Both the position numbers and the translations under genes were made by a program. Positions 51,749 to 63,495 of a DNA stretch of 64,000 bases are shown in pieces (the stretch's first letter is position 1; each line of letters begins with the position of its first letter). Origin of the DNA: Halocafeteria seosinensis. Taxonomy: Eukaryota. The DNA is taken from the NCBI GenBank assembly GCA_001687465.1, contig LVLI01000386.1:62001-126000 (forward strand), in the 5' to 3' direction. Under the pieces are notes generated by a model, which saw nothing but the letters and a program-made list of their open reading frames with translations, did no database searches and was not told the DNA's origin.

Positions 51749-52932
51749 TTACAGCAGAGAAACGACGGGCCACTGTAACTGTCTCCACTGGTGATAAAAG
51801 TGGTTGACTAACCATTTATAAACCGTGTCGTAATGGTTTCTGTTAGTGGCTTGGAACTGGAATCCTACTCGTTGGGAACCTTTAGGCAATGGCGTATCTC
51901 CTGGGAGCACATTACCCTGATTATCATTCACACGGTTGGGCTCATGGAAATAAATGTCGGCATCACTCATGTCAGGGTCACTTCCACCGATATCGCCATC
52001 ATCCAGGTAAATTCGTCAAGACCATCGTAAGCAAGTAACATATTGTGCAAAATCGCACAAGCCTTGATTATTGCGTTGCTAACATCCCTCTTGTATTACA
52101 GCCCATTTCTTAGAATGCGAAATCGCGACTTAAGAATACCGAAGGCGCATTCTACGTCTTTCCGGACAGATTCCAAAAACTCGGACCAGTGAACTACAAA
52201 ACAAGGTAAGTTCTGGTAGCCTCCGTCAACAATTAGATATCCACCTTTGCACACATGTAACACCCCTGCCTCATCATACAGGTTGAAATTGACATCGTTG
52301 AACTTGCCTTGGTACATATTCTGGAATGTGAAGTCAGTATTTGAAGTAATCGTCGTTTTCTCGTCCGTCAAACAGGTCAGTCATGAATAGAATTCTCCGA
52401 CTATGGTCCACAATTGCTGGACTTGCCAGAGTTGGAAATGGGTATTTCCCTTTGCAGAGATTAGCGGCTTCTTTTGGGCATCTCAGCCAGCGGAAATGGG
52501 TCACATCCATCGAACCCATGGCACCTGGGAAACCTACACGGGCAAACGTGTCCATGATTTTCGCCATGCTCTCGGAGCCGAGGTCTGGAAATGATACGGT
52601 GGAATCGTAAAATTTATCTACAAATCCCATACAAAACTGCTTGAGCACAGCGTTGCAAGTGGATTTCGGTACACCTGACAACTCACTCTCGCTATCATTC
52701 TTAAGACCTTGAATTCAAGCGGAATTCTGCTCGGCCGAACAGGATTGAAGATCCATGCCTCGTGGATAGACGGAATGAGATAATTTTGGAACAAGGGAAA
52801 GGGCACGCGAAAACGCAACCGGAATTTTTTGTATTCAAAACTCCCTGGCCTAATCGTGTGTTCATGACGTATCAACCTTCCCCATTCAGAATCCCAGAGA
52901 CTGCCGCGCAGTAAACTGCGTCTTCTCTTCAC
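51749..52932 (-). mobile_element. PIF/Harbinger transposase pseudogene
   Basis: FRLRFRVPFPLF, GFPGAMGSMDVTH, GYLIVDGGY, LESVRKDVECAFGILKSRFRIL and ACAILHNML occur in three frames, with an in-frame TAA at 52096-52098. Confidence 0.9.
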
Positions 52933-53072
52933 ACCCTTACACTTTTCAATTTTTTAAAAATTCACCATTTTACTGATAGTAATATATCCAGTCACCAGGT
53001 TGGGATAGGACAGTCTCATTCCTAGACACAGTAGCTTCCTTTGTCTAATTGCTTGGGTAATCACTTGAGGCA

Positions 53073-53900
53073 ATGGTACACAACATCGACAACGTGGTCA
53101 GTGGTGACGAACAAGCCTGGGAGCAACTACTTTACCCCAGCTACAATTGGAGCCAGAGGATGCAGTCTGGAGAAGTTCAGGAGAATATAGAAGACGAGGA
53201 CTTTGACGTAGCAAACGATAAGGAGGACATTCTCCTAAATGCGATCAAGTCCCTACGAAAGGGTTCTATTCGCAAGGATACGCGCACGCTCACTAGTAAC
53301 GGAATTGCTCCGGATACTCAGACAGTGCGCCACCAACTACAACTGTAATAGCGATGAACCCACCCTGATCACAGGAAATGTATCCCTCAGATTCGACCGA
53401 ATGTCCAGAGTTTACCAGGTGACCAGCCCCGGTGGACGTCCGCATGGAATGCGACTCACAAACGATGGTGGATCACATGAATGGCGAAGCCCAGTGCAGC
53501 ACGGACGTGGGAACCGGCTTCGTGGCTTCAGAAGGACCTGGGTAGCCGCACCATCTTCGATCTCGAGCAGGAGATGTACTTCAATCTGGGCTATGATGAC
53601 GAACATGAGGTGGACGGAATTTCTGGGGAGCCACCTCCCGCGTCACGTGGTGGCTTGTCATTGGTCACAACTGTTGCGTCGGGAACAACACTTCATCCTG
53701 CCTGCGCTGCTGCAACCGGTCTTGGCGTTGGCGCCGCTGTGGCAGGCTCAGGGGCTTCTCCTGCCAGACTGAGCCTTGTCGGTACCTCTGACATTGTGGG
53801 CACAGGCATGGCTCCTCCCCCGATGCCTCCTGAGCTTAACCAGTGCTGTGTTCCCTCACGGCGCATGTCAGCAAGGCTGCAGGAACAGCGGGCCCGTCGC
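53073..53900 (+). pseudogene. Degenerate ORF divergent from the transposase; possible Harbinger accessory ORF with a chromodomain-like remnant
   Basis: Frameshifted ORF pieces; RWWIT*MAKPSAARTWEPASWL resembles the chromodomain W...TWEP..L pattern. Confidence 0.35.
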
Positions 53901-56472
53901 TGCTTAACACGGGCGCATACCGCTCAACTTCCCGGCCGGTGGGCTATCTGTCACATTTGTGTGTGTGTCTTCCTGCAGCATCAGGCCTTGTGCACGGATG
54001 GAGTCGGCAAGCTTCCAGGTTATAAAGATTGCCGAAGCACCGGTGTTGTTATACACTGTACAGGTACCCGGTTTTGAAGTTCTTATTCCAGTTTTCCATC
54101 CTCGCTGTGGTGGTACAATGTCATGACTCCACGGGTGTCATGGCGGGATGGGGGTCGGAGCCGGCTGAGTCACCGTGATGATTAAGTTCGCGCTCCATCA
54201 AAGGGCCCCCATGAGCGACATTTGTTAAAGCAATACCTGCTCCACTGATGGTTGTACAGTTGGTCGTCCGGAAAGCATGCGAAATGCATTCGTTGGCATA
54301 TCTATCACTGTTGCGACGACCACGCTGGTGGTAGCAACACTCACAGTCTATCTTCATTCCTGGACTCTACAGTCACAAGAAGAAAAACTGAAGCGTATGG
54401 AAGCTATCCAGAAAGGTAACCCAGACGCACTCTACAGTATTGGACTAGGGTATAAGAAACAAGGCGACTATGTGGCCGCAGTGTCGCTCTACACGCTTGC
54501 TGCCGAGCGGGGCAACATGTATGCGCAGAATGACGTTGGGAGTTTTTATATTGAAGGGCAAGGAGTACAGAAAGACCTTGAGAAGGCACTGCACTTCTTT
54601 GAAATGGCCGTAAAACAGGGCGATAAATTCGCTGAGCAGGCGGCCGGAGCGATTTACCTCGACATTGAGAACAAAGGGCAAGGACACTACAAAAACACCG
54701 AAAGAGCGGAAATCCTGTTAGTACGGGCGGCTTCTCAGGGTATGATGGCGTCGAAATATTACCTTGGAAGGATGTACAATGAGGGTATTGGGGTGAATGT
54801 CGATAAAGAACGGGCTCGTACATTGTTCGCCAGCGCAGCATCTGCTAACTCACTGCGAGCCCAGTGGGAACTGGGGGCGATGTATCTAAATTACTTCAAC
54901 CAGCGAACTGAAGCTTTCAAGTGGTTCAAGCTTGCTGCAGATAATCATGGCGATGCATACAGCCAGTACAATGTCGGATCGATGCTGTTGAATGGGGACG
55001 GCATGGAGCAAGACTACGTTGCAGCAGTTCCGTACTTGACGAAGTCTTCAGACCAAGGCTTCTTACCGGCAGACCACAATCTAGGTTTGATGTACCATTG
55101 GGGACTCGGGGTAAATCAAGACAGCATCAAGGGTAGGGAGTACTTGTTACGGGCAGCCAACGACGGCTATAACAGTGAGTCGCAGGTATCGCTTGCAGGC
55201 CACATGTATGAAGAGGGAGATCACATACGTAGCGCGGCCTACGCAATGAGAGCAGCAGAACAAGGGCAGGCTAGGGCTCAATACTTTTTGGGAATGCTTC
55301 TCACTCGTGGAGATGGAATCCCTGTTGATAAAGAGAGAGGAATAAACTGGCTGAGACGCGCGGCTGCAAATGGTGAGCAGCACGCTTCTGACGCATTGAA
55401 GGCCATAGATAAGCGGGAAAATGTGGGAGATATAGCGATAGTTTCATCTGCTGAAGGGTCCGGTGTAAGACACCTACGCGCGTAACGTGTTTATTCTCCA
55501 GTGCCAGCGCAACATTCTCAAGGACATTGCACAATTGTCAACTTGGTGGCAGCCGACATTCACGATCAACATGATCATCGGATTTACCATAGGCAAGAAC
55601 TATTCTTGTGGATTGCTCTCATAAGCAGTTTCTGAGTAACAATGGAATATTCCGAGTATCAAGCTTCCCTCTGAGCTCCCACTCAGCCCCTAACTCTAAC
55701 AGGCTAAGTTGGGTCGCTAACCACTTGGGACTGGAAATAAGCTGGTGCTAAGCCAACATCCGCGGTTGCTCTGATATTGTGGCAGCGTTGGTTGTTAGGC
55801 TCGCAACTCCTTTGTTTGGGCGTAATCTGGTGAATTTCCTTGAATGAAAAGTAATTTTATTCCCCATTGGAAGACATCACTAGGTATTTCAGCTGCAAAG
55901 AAGCTGCCAGTATTAGAGAAACAGAAGAAAGAAGAAAGCTGGACGGAAGGGGAGCGCACCATGAACTAATGAGCTTAGCTGTCTGGTCTTGTTGAACTAG
56001 TTCTGAGGCAGTTTGGGTCCCTTCATTCCTATTTTCGTCCGCAACGCTGCCCCCGAAAGATGTAGGTGCTGGAATGGCATACAACCACCAAGTGCTTGAA
56101 TTACATATGAATGAACGCTTGTCGTGCACAGTTCGGCTATGCTTACGTAAGACTGGAGCGGTTATTGGACTGCGCTGGGCTTCATCTCCAGCTGCACCGT
56201 ACCAGTACCGTAGATTTCGCCTCGTTAATGTTTCCTTCAGCAAACTTCTAACCTTAGACCAGCTCGTTTTGTGGCCCTGGAGCCTTGTTACCTCCGGTGT
56301 CGCCGGTACTGCGTCTAACTTTTTTGACGCCTTAGTAGACTTCCTTTCCTTCGCTGATTCAGAGTCAAATGCCCCTTCACCACTTGTTTACGCCCCAGTT
56401 TGTGTCATCGAGGCTGGGGGAACAGTGGCCCACTTTCAGTGGGCCGGTTGCTGCTTAACGCGGGCGCATACC
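53886..56472 (+). repeat. Pair of 36-bp direct repeats (53886-53921 and 56437-56472)
   Basis: CAGCGGGCCCGTCGCTGCTTAACACGGGCGCATACC vs CAGTGGGCCGGTTGCTGCTTAACGCGGGCGCATACC, 32/36 identical. Confidence 0.8.
54277..55485 (+). CDS. Sel1-like repeat protein with N-terminal membrane anchor, intronless
   Basis: About 9 A...LG.MY..G.GV..D...A repeats and a hydrophobic N-terminal segment. Confidence 0.9.
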   Translation: MRNAFVGISITVATTTLVVATLTVYLHSWTLQSQEEKLKRMEAIQKGNPDALYSIGLGYKKQGDYVAAVSLYTLAAERGNMYAQNDVGSFYIEGQGVQKDLEKALHFFEMAVKQGDKFAEQAAGAIYLDIENKGQGHYKNTERAEILLVRAASQGMMASKYYLGRMYNEGIGVNVDKERARTLFASAASANSLRAQWELGAMYLNYFNQRTEAFKWFKLAADNHGDAYSQYNVGSMLLNGDGMEQDYVAAVPYLTKSSDQGFLPADHNLGLMYHWGLGVNQDSIKGREYLLRAANDGYNSESQVSLAGHMYEEGDHIRSAAYAMRAAEQGQARAQYFLGMLLTRGDGIPVDKERGINWLRRAAANGEQHASDALKAIDKRENVGDIAIVSSAEGSGVRHLRA

Positions 56473-56638
56473 CCTCCTCGTTGTGTGGCTCAAAAACACT
56501 AGCCTTTTTGAAAGAGCTGTATGAAAGGCGGTCTAATCTCGGATCCCGTCCTTTTTTGTCAGGGATCTGCGCCTCAGCTGTTTGGTGCAGAGGAGCAATT
56601 GTAGCAAGTGGTTGCAGCCCAATACAGCGTATGAGATG

Positions 56639-56640
<2 letters not shown>

Positions 56641-56690
<50 letters not shown>
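56641..56690. repeat. (GT)25 microsatellite
   Basis: Seen directly. Confidence 0.97.
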
Positions 56691-56692
<2 letters not shown>

Positions 56693-56935
56693 CACAGTGT
56701 CACACACCACCACCACTTCTTTCTTTACATCATACTGTTTCTCTCACTTCTTTTGAATCAGCATCGTGAATTGAAGTTGAAGTCGGGCAGGACTTGGGCG
56801 TATTTAACGACTTCGCCATAACAGGTGGCAGAACTGCGGTAGCATGTAATACTATTATTCGTCGTATTGATTAGGTAGTGGAGTATAGGGATACTCAGCT
56901 GGAGGAGCGACTGTATCGAGTGGGAAAGCTCCGAA

Positions 56936-59900
56936 ATGTCCTCAACGCTCGTGCAAAATGCTATGGATGGCGTCGAGTTTGACGAAGAGGATGAGATGGC
57001 AGAGGAGCCGATTTCAGATGATGCGAAGGGTTTCGATGGCCCACCTCCTGCTAGTACCCTGCCAAAGGACATATCAGAGCTGTACGCCGACTGGAGCGTC
57101 CCACCGTCCAAGTAAGAGCCTGTGTATGGCGCAACGTCGAGGTTGAGAATCTCCACTTTCATGCCGAGCTCTTTGTGGCTGTTTGACAGGATAGAACAAG
57201 CTTTATGGGGATGGATCGACCGTGGAAAGTATAGATACTCCCTAGATACCTCATCTCTGTTCACAAGATATGACAGCCGAGAGCTATTGGAGCGGGCAGT
57301 GGAGTTGTCCTCTATCGCTTCAAACGAGAAGGAGGAACTGGAGGCACTAGCGTGCGTGTTGGCTGCCAGATCCAAGGAAGCAGGGAGGCGAGCATCTCTT
57401 TCGCAGCGGAAACATACAACTACGCATGGCAAGGGAGACTGGAGAGATACCATACCGAGTACGTAAATCGGCAGTATTGAACGAGGCATTGATCCCCGCT
57501 CTATTCGTCCTCCTGCGCAGACTTCATCACGCTCTCCGAAGTGATGAAAAACTTGAGAGAAATGGATGCGGCAGTGTATTACTGCGTTTCAGCTGCGAAA
57601 GAGACATTAAAGTCTGATGGGCATCCAGAACTTTTGAATGTATTGGAGTATGGAGCTTCCCATTGTGTCAACGTGCATCGGGACGACGCAGCTGTGGAAA
57701 TTTACAACACGGAACTATCTTTCTTGATGAAACATGAAAACACGAATCAGCAAAAAGCGAAATGCTACAAAGAGGTTTGTTAAACAATGTGCGGCGGTAA
57801 CTCGTCTCAAAGTGCTTTATCTTTTGATATTTGTTTCCCAGCTGGTACACTCCTACCAACGACTTGGTCAGCTTGAGGACGCTTTGCATTGCAGTAAGAC
57901 AAGGATGGAATTGCTGGTAAGGATTCAGTTTTGCTGATGATGTTAATCCTTTTCCATAGTACTGGACATGCTATTTGACAACAGCACAAGGAACTATCTC
58001 CGAATCACCCTGCATTCCTGCAAACCCTCATTGTCATTGGGAACATCTCAAGGCAACTAGGTACGGTAGTTCCCGCTCTATTTGTTCAATGTCCTGTGTA
58101 TCTCAGGGCTTATACTATGCGTTTCCCAGGCATGACGGAGGACTCGCTTCAGTACCACCGAAGGGTTCACGACCTTCTGCAGGAGTATCGAGATGTCCCC
58201 AACAGAAATCAGATGCTGGCTACGGTTGACCTCAAAATCGGGCAAACGTTGATGGATCAACGTTAGTGTTAAATAGTTCTTTCTGTTCTTCCGAATCCGA
58301 TTCATTAGCTTACGTACTACGTGCTTTTGCAGATCGTCCGCATGACGCTCGATGGTTTGTTTCGAGTGCGCTCCGCACGTTTGACCAGAGGCACCGGAAA
58401 CAGTTGTGGCAAGCGCGGAGTCTATTGACGCAAGTGGACAATGAACTAGGACTTTCCGGTTCAAACGAGGCTGTGGTACGAGAACGTAAGAAATCTGTTG
58501 CCATGCAAAGCTCAACCTTTTCGGACAACTTCCCCCAAAAGCGCGAGCGCGCTCTGGAAGGTACGGACGAGGATCCTGCCGAAGTGTCCGAAGAAATTCC
58601 CCCTAGCAAAAAAAGGAGCACAGGGCGCCATCGTAGTGAATCTCAAGGGTCTTCCTCCTCGGACTCATCGAGTAGTTCTTCCTCGGACAATGCTGATTTA
58701 TTCGGTAGGTCTATCCCGTTCCCGTCGTCATCTCAGAACAGCTTTAACGAGAGCAGTGGGGCCGTGGAAGGAGGTGGGGGAGATACCCACGGAAGACAAT
58801 CTGCTCAGGGTGATGGTTCAGGACTCAAGCATAAAGGGTCAAAGGGACCGCTGGGATCCACTAGTACAGCGCCTCCGGAAGGGTTGAGGGGTGGACATGG
58901 GACACCTGGAGGAACGAAAGGTAGTCAAGGCCCACTAAAGCAAACTGCCAGCGTCGGGACCGGCGGTTATGGAACATCTTCGGCAACCAACTTGGCGAAT
59001 GTGGTGAGCTGGGCTGCAGACGCATCCCAATGGGACCCTTCTCAGGAGCAGAAGGCGTTCGCGCGTGTCATTGCTGAAAGTGAGAATGGGAGTATCAGCC
59101 AGGGGGGTAGCGGTGGTTTCCCCAGCAACGTCGTTCCCCATGGATACTTTAGTAGCTCCACTGACTTCGGCATCTCCCCAGACGGAGCGCCGAAATATGG
59201 ATACCGCTCCTATGAAGAAGCAGCAGAAGCCTTGCAAAAGGTAATTCTATTGTGAATTCTTGAACTGCTGTTTAATATTATGCCCTTATTCGTTTGCTGC
59301 TCAGAACGCGAAGCGATTGATCAGCGCTCTTGAGGTTCTCCGGGCTGCCGGAGGCACTCGACAATATGCTCGGAAGCAAGGTGATGGGCAAATGGCTATC
59401 GATGAAAATGGTACGATATTCTCGCAGACTCTTTAGTTATGTTTTAAGTTTTAGCCTGCTTCTATGTTTTCACCAGACGCTGAGGCTGTTGAGGGCAAGA
59501 CTGAGGAAGCTACTCGCGTAGCTAATCAAGTTCGCAGCGCATCTCAATCTCTGACAGCATCTTATAATATTCCATCTCTGCGGAGAAAACAGGAAAGCGA
59601 TGATCCGGAGGAAAGCCGGCAGGCGTCGGATAAGTTAGAGCAGTTGGAGCAGCTCCAAAATCAGCTACTGCTGACTATGGCCGATGCCGGTGACAAAATT
59701 GGTGAAGCTCTGGACATGAGGGGAATTCGGTCCGAAGATTTGAGGGCTCTAGCCAGTGGACAAAGTCCTGGCTCTAGCGAGAGTAGTGAAGAGGAAGATG
59801 ATGGCTCCCCTATGTTGGACCACAATACAGTTGCCTACCGCAGGGTTCGAAATGCCATCCGACAGCAACGGCAAGAATCTCGTGGGACTGGTAAGGGCAA

Positions 59901-62678
59901 CGGAGGACAGGGAAACTTCCAGCCCGGTCTACTCCGCCCTGTTCCAAACCCCGCAGGTAAGTGATACGCATTTTTAATTGAGATAACGAAGGCTGCAATT
60001 GTAATTCTTTGACGTCCTTGCAGGACGTAGGATGAAGGCGGTTGCCATGACGGCTGCAGACATTTTTGATGCAGTAAAGTATAGGGTCATGGCTCTCGGT
60101 GCCTTTAAGAGTTTGGGGGATCGTCGACGACAAGGACGCATTGCCTATAAGATGTTTTCTATTGGATTAATGGTGAAGGTAAGAAGCCGCAACTTACTTA
60201 TGCCTCCTTCCTCCACTGTTATACATTCCGCCATTGCAGTTAGCGAGGATGAGGACTTACCAACGCTATAGTACGATAATTTTTACTATTGGCTTTTTGA
60301 TGGGATCGGCTCGAAGAATGGTATTCCGACGCCGGAGGGCAAAGTTGTTTGCGTTGGGATCAAGCAGGTGGGGTGTACCGGAGAGCGACATTATTCTAGT
60401 AACATTTCCTGAGTCGATATCTTACACTGCAGAATAGAAGTCAAGAGTCGGCGTCGTGCGCTCTATTCTACGAAGCTCTTTTCCGTTGGAATACTGTTGA
60501 GGTCGGTACGGCAGAAGGCTATGTCGCGCCGCGCGGTGGCTCTCTTCGCTGTGGGTGTTTTCCCGATGCTCCTGCGTGTAGAAGGGAAACCTATCGGGTA
60601 AGTACTCCCTGTTTTCGAATAGAAGCGGCGTGTGTGCATATCATTTGCCGGTAAATGACAGGCATGCCGCTCGCAAGAAAAAGAGTGGTCAACAGAAGTC
60701 AACTCTTCGACAATTTCAGTTTAGCAAGGTGAACAAAACAGAGGGCACTTTATGGGAGGTATGGTGACTTGTCGATATCCTGCTATTGCCCATTGAAATA
60801 ATGTCCGTTTATGTTAGAGGCAGGGTGCTAATCCTGATGCAAACTACGCGCTTGCGAAGTTATTTCCGGATCTGTACGATATGTTTGAGCAGAAGAAGGT
60901 ATGTGCTGTCAACTGGCACTGCTAAGACAAGTGTGCACCATTCATTGTGTACTATGCTGATGCAGAAGAAAACTGCAACGAAGAAAGAAGGCAAACCCAA
61001 GCAAAAGAAACAGCTAACCAAATTCATCGATGAAGGTGGCAGCCGACGACAAAACATGAGTATTGGGCTAGCGAAATTCAAAAAGAAAGCCGAGAGTTAT
61101 GGCAAACTTGCTGGCGTGGGTTCCATTTTCTATTATTGTGTGTGTGTTTCTCGCTGTGATAGGGGAATCCTGTACGCAGGGTTTAATTCGCATGGAAGAT
61201 CCTAAAGATTTTTTACCGGAAGGGGCCGAATCAATAGACCAACTCATGTCGGACACAATACTGCCGCGTACAGGTATGCGTACTGTGTGGCCTTATATGC
61301 CTTTCCGGAGTCTGATAAACTCTGTTTGGTGATCAGAGGAAATGAACCGCGCTTTGCAATATGAAAACCCTGACAATACTTTCGATGAGCCGGAACTCTT
61401 TGTTTGGCATATGAGTAGGGTTCCACGTCTTGAAGCTCGTTTACGATGCCTTAAAACGCTAAACCTATGGGAGGACAAAAAGGCAAAAGTTGAGGAATCC
61501 ATTAATACAAGTATGAGCGGATATCGAATGAACTACGGCTCTAGAACGTCACCACTGCTGCATTGTCTGCCGGCTACAGTCAAAGAAGCCAGTTTAGAGA
61601 TTCGCAACGGTGAAACGCTGAGGAAGTTCCTCGTGAACTACGTACTCCCATTTAGTAATGCGTTGAACGCAGGTGAGTAACTCGGCTGTACAGATAATCT
61701 CGAACTAGATTATCCAATAGTGTTACAATTATTGACAAACGCGTTTCAGGCAATAAGGGGAAAGTGACAGGAATTAAATTGGCTAGCATAACGAAGTTAG
61801 CCGATACCAAAGCTGTTAAGGATCCTAAGGTTACAATGCTTGATTACTTGATAGAACGGATAGCTCAGCATGAGTACGTGGGCTCGGCTCTGACGTTTCA
61901 ATAGGGTGACATACATCTTACCTCCTACGATTCATCTCAGGCCGGCAATATTGGACATGCATTTAGAATTCAAAACTGTTCAATGGGCGGTAAACATGAA
62001 CGAAGAACAGATTAAAGCGGATATTAATGACGTAAGATGACTTCTCGACTCTCCGCGTTGCAATCTAGCTCAGCTTTACGACGTGTCGTTTTCGCAGCTC
62101 CACAAAGATCGCCAGCAATTGGAACACAGCCGTAATGAAGCTCTAAAACAAGCAGAGCAGGACCCAAGTTCTCGAGATGATGAATTTCTTGAAGTACGTT
62201 GTGGCTAAGGTGTGCCTTTGCAAGCAGCAACTTCTATTGCTGCTGTATTGCAGGCCGTGGAAGAGAAACTGGGAAAGGTACAAGACGAGGACGACGATAT
62301 CAAAGACAGGCAGACGAAGATGGAGGATACCTTCAAAGACGCTTGCAAGTATACTGGTAAGACCTTAACTGATTATTTAGGACAGGCTCTTGCGGTGATC
62401 AGCAACCCATTGGTGCAGCGGAGGACCCAAAAAGTACAAAGAAGGAGGATCTCTTTAAGCTCGTAAGCAACGTAATTCAAACGATTAGGAACGCAGTACA
62501 GAAATATAAGGAGAAGAAGGAGCAAGAAGAAAAACAGAGAAAAAAAGAAGAGGAAGCTAAGAGAAAGAAGGAAAGAAAACCAAAGACCCCCAAGGCTCCT
62601 AAACCAACTGGCAACAAACCTGCTCACAGCAGCAAAATCTCCGAATTAGCTCAATCAGGCCTTGCTCACTCTGGCTAA
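56936..62678 (+). CDS. Formin: TPR repeats, low-complexity linker, 22-aa repeats and FH2, with no FH1; many exons (start uncertain)
   Basis: FH2 motifs KSTLRQFQFSKV..TEGTLWE, RRQNMSIGL, MSRVPRLEARL, LPFSNALNAG, GIKLASITKLADTK and TMLDYL. TPR-like LSPNHPAFLQTLIVIGNISRQLG. The exons I checked join in frame by GT-AG introns. Confidence 0.75.
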
Positions 62679-62853
62679 GGAGTCATGGCTGGCAGCCTCC
62701 CAATTACACATTCCCGGGCCCTGTGGAGGTATGCTCATTTCTACTGCTTGAAACTAATTGCTCACTCTGGCTAACGAGTCACGGCTGTGAGTCTCCGAAA
62801 TACATATATATATATATATATCCCCAGCACCTGTGGAGATATGGTCACTTCTA
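62662..62853 (+). repeat. Degenerate ~100-bp tandem duplication with a (TA)n tract
   Basis: TTGCTCACTCTGGCTAA(G/C)GAGTCA(T/C)GGCTG at 62662 and 62758; CCTGTGGAG(G/A)TATG(C/G)TCA(T/C)TTCTA at 62720 and 62830. Confidence 0.8.
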
Positions 62854-63495
62854 TCGCTCTCGACAAATTGAAGTGGTCCACAAGCATGTATTTCATGCGA
62901 TTACTGTGTAGTAGGAGATCGGCATCTACATAGAGAATGACAGTACAACTTGTACTGCAAGCCTGGTGTCTCTCTTTGAAAATTACTACACAGTCTTCTG
63001 ATCGATCCTGTTTCCAAGATCCCATATCAATTGTGTGCTCGCAGCCATACTGCGTTGGTGATGTAGCACTGATGTCAAACCTACGGTCGCAACTATGTAG
63101 ATGTTTTGCACATTTACCCAGAGCTAGCTCACGTTGCCCTGCAAGCTTTCCAAGTGGATTGTTCGGTTGCTATTCATACGCCTGGTATAGGAATTGCGAG
63201 TCATACAGTTCCTGGGAGCACATTTCGACGTAAAGGGGGGGGGGGTTGCAAGGTGACACCAATAAAATTGTCCGGAGTGCTACGGTGCATCTGCTTTACA
63301 AGTAGCCTAGCGATTGCTAGGCGTCCAGCATGTGCAACACTCGCTGACCTTCTTGTAAGATGTGCCATGATAGTATCACAATTACGTGCTGCAACACGAC
63401 GATTCTGTCAAAACGTTAGGTACGAAGTGATCGTTACTGCTTCGCCCAGAGCTTAGGATAATTCGCATTGAGGGTCACACAATGTTTGACAAAAG

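Noticed and set aside
51100..53070. Harbinger TIRs and TWA target-site duplication
   Set aside because: I could not identify a convincing inverted-repeat pair, so element boundaries are not called.
55857..56400. Minus-strand ORF fragment
   Set aside because: No recognisable motif and no clear start; probably island debris.
53886..56472. 36-bp repeats as a CRISPR array or LTR pair
   Set aside because: There are only two copies 2.5 kb apart in a eukaryotic context, with no spacers or cas genes, and the similarity does not extend to LTR length.
62900..63450. Stop-interrupted minus-strand frame and G-run
   Set aside because: No assignable similarity, so no feature call can be supported.
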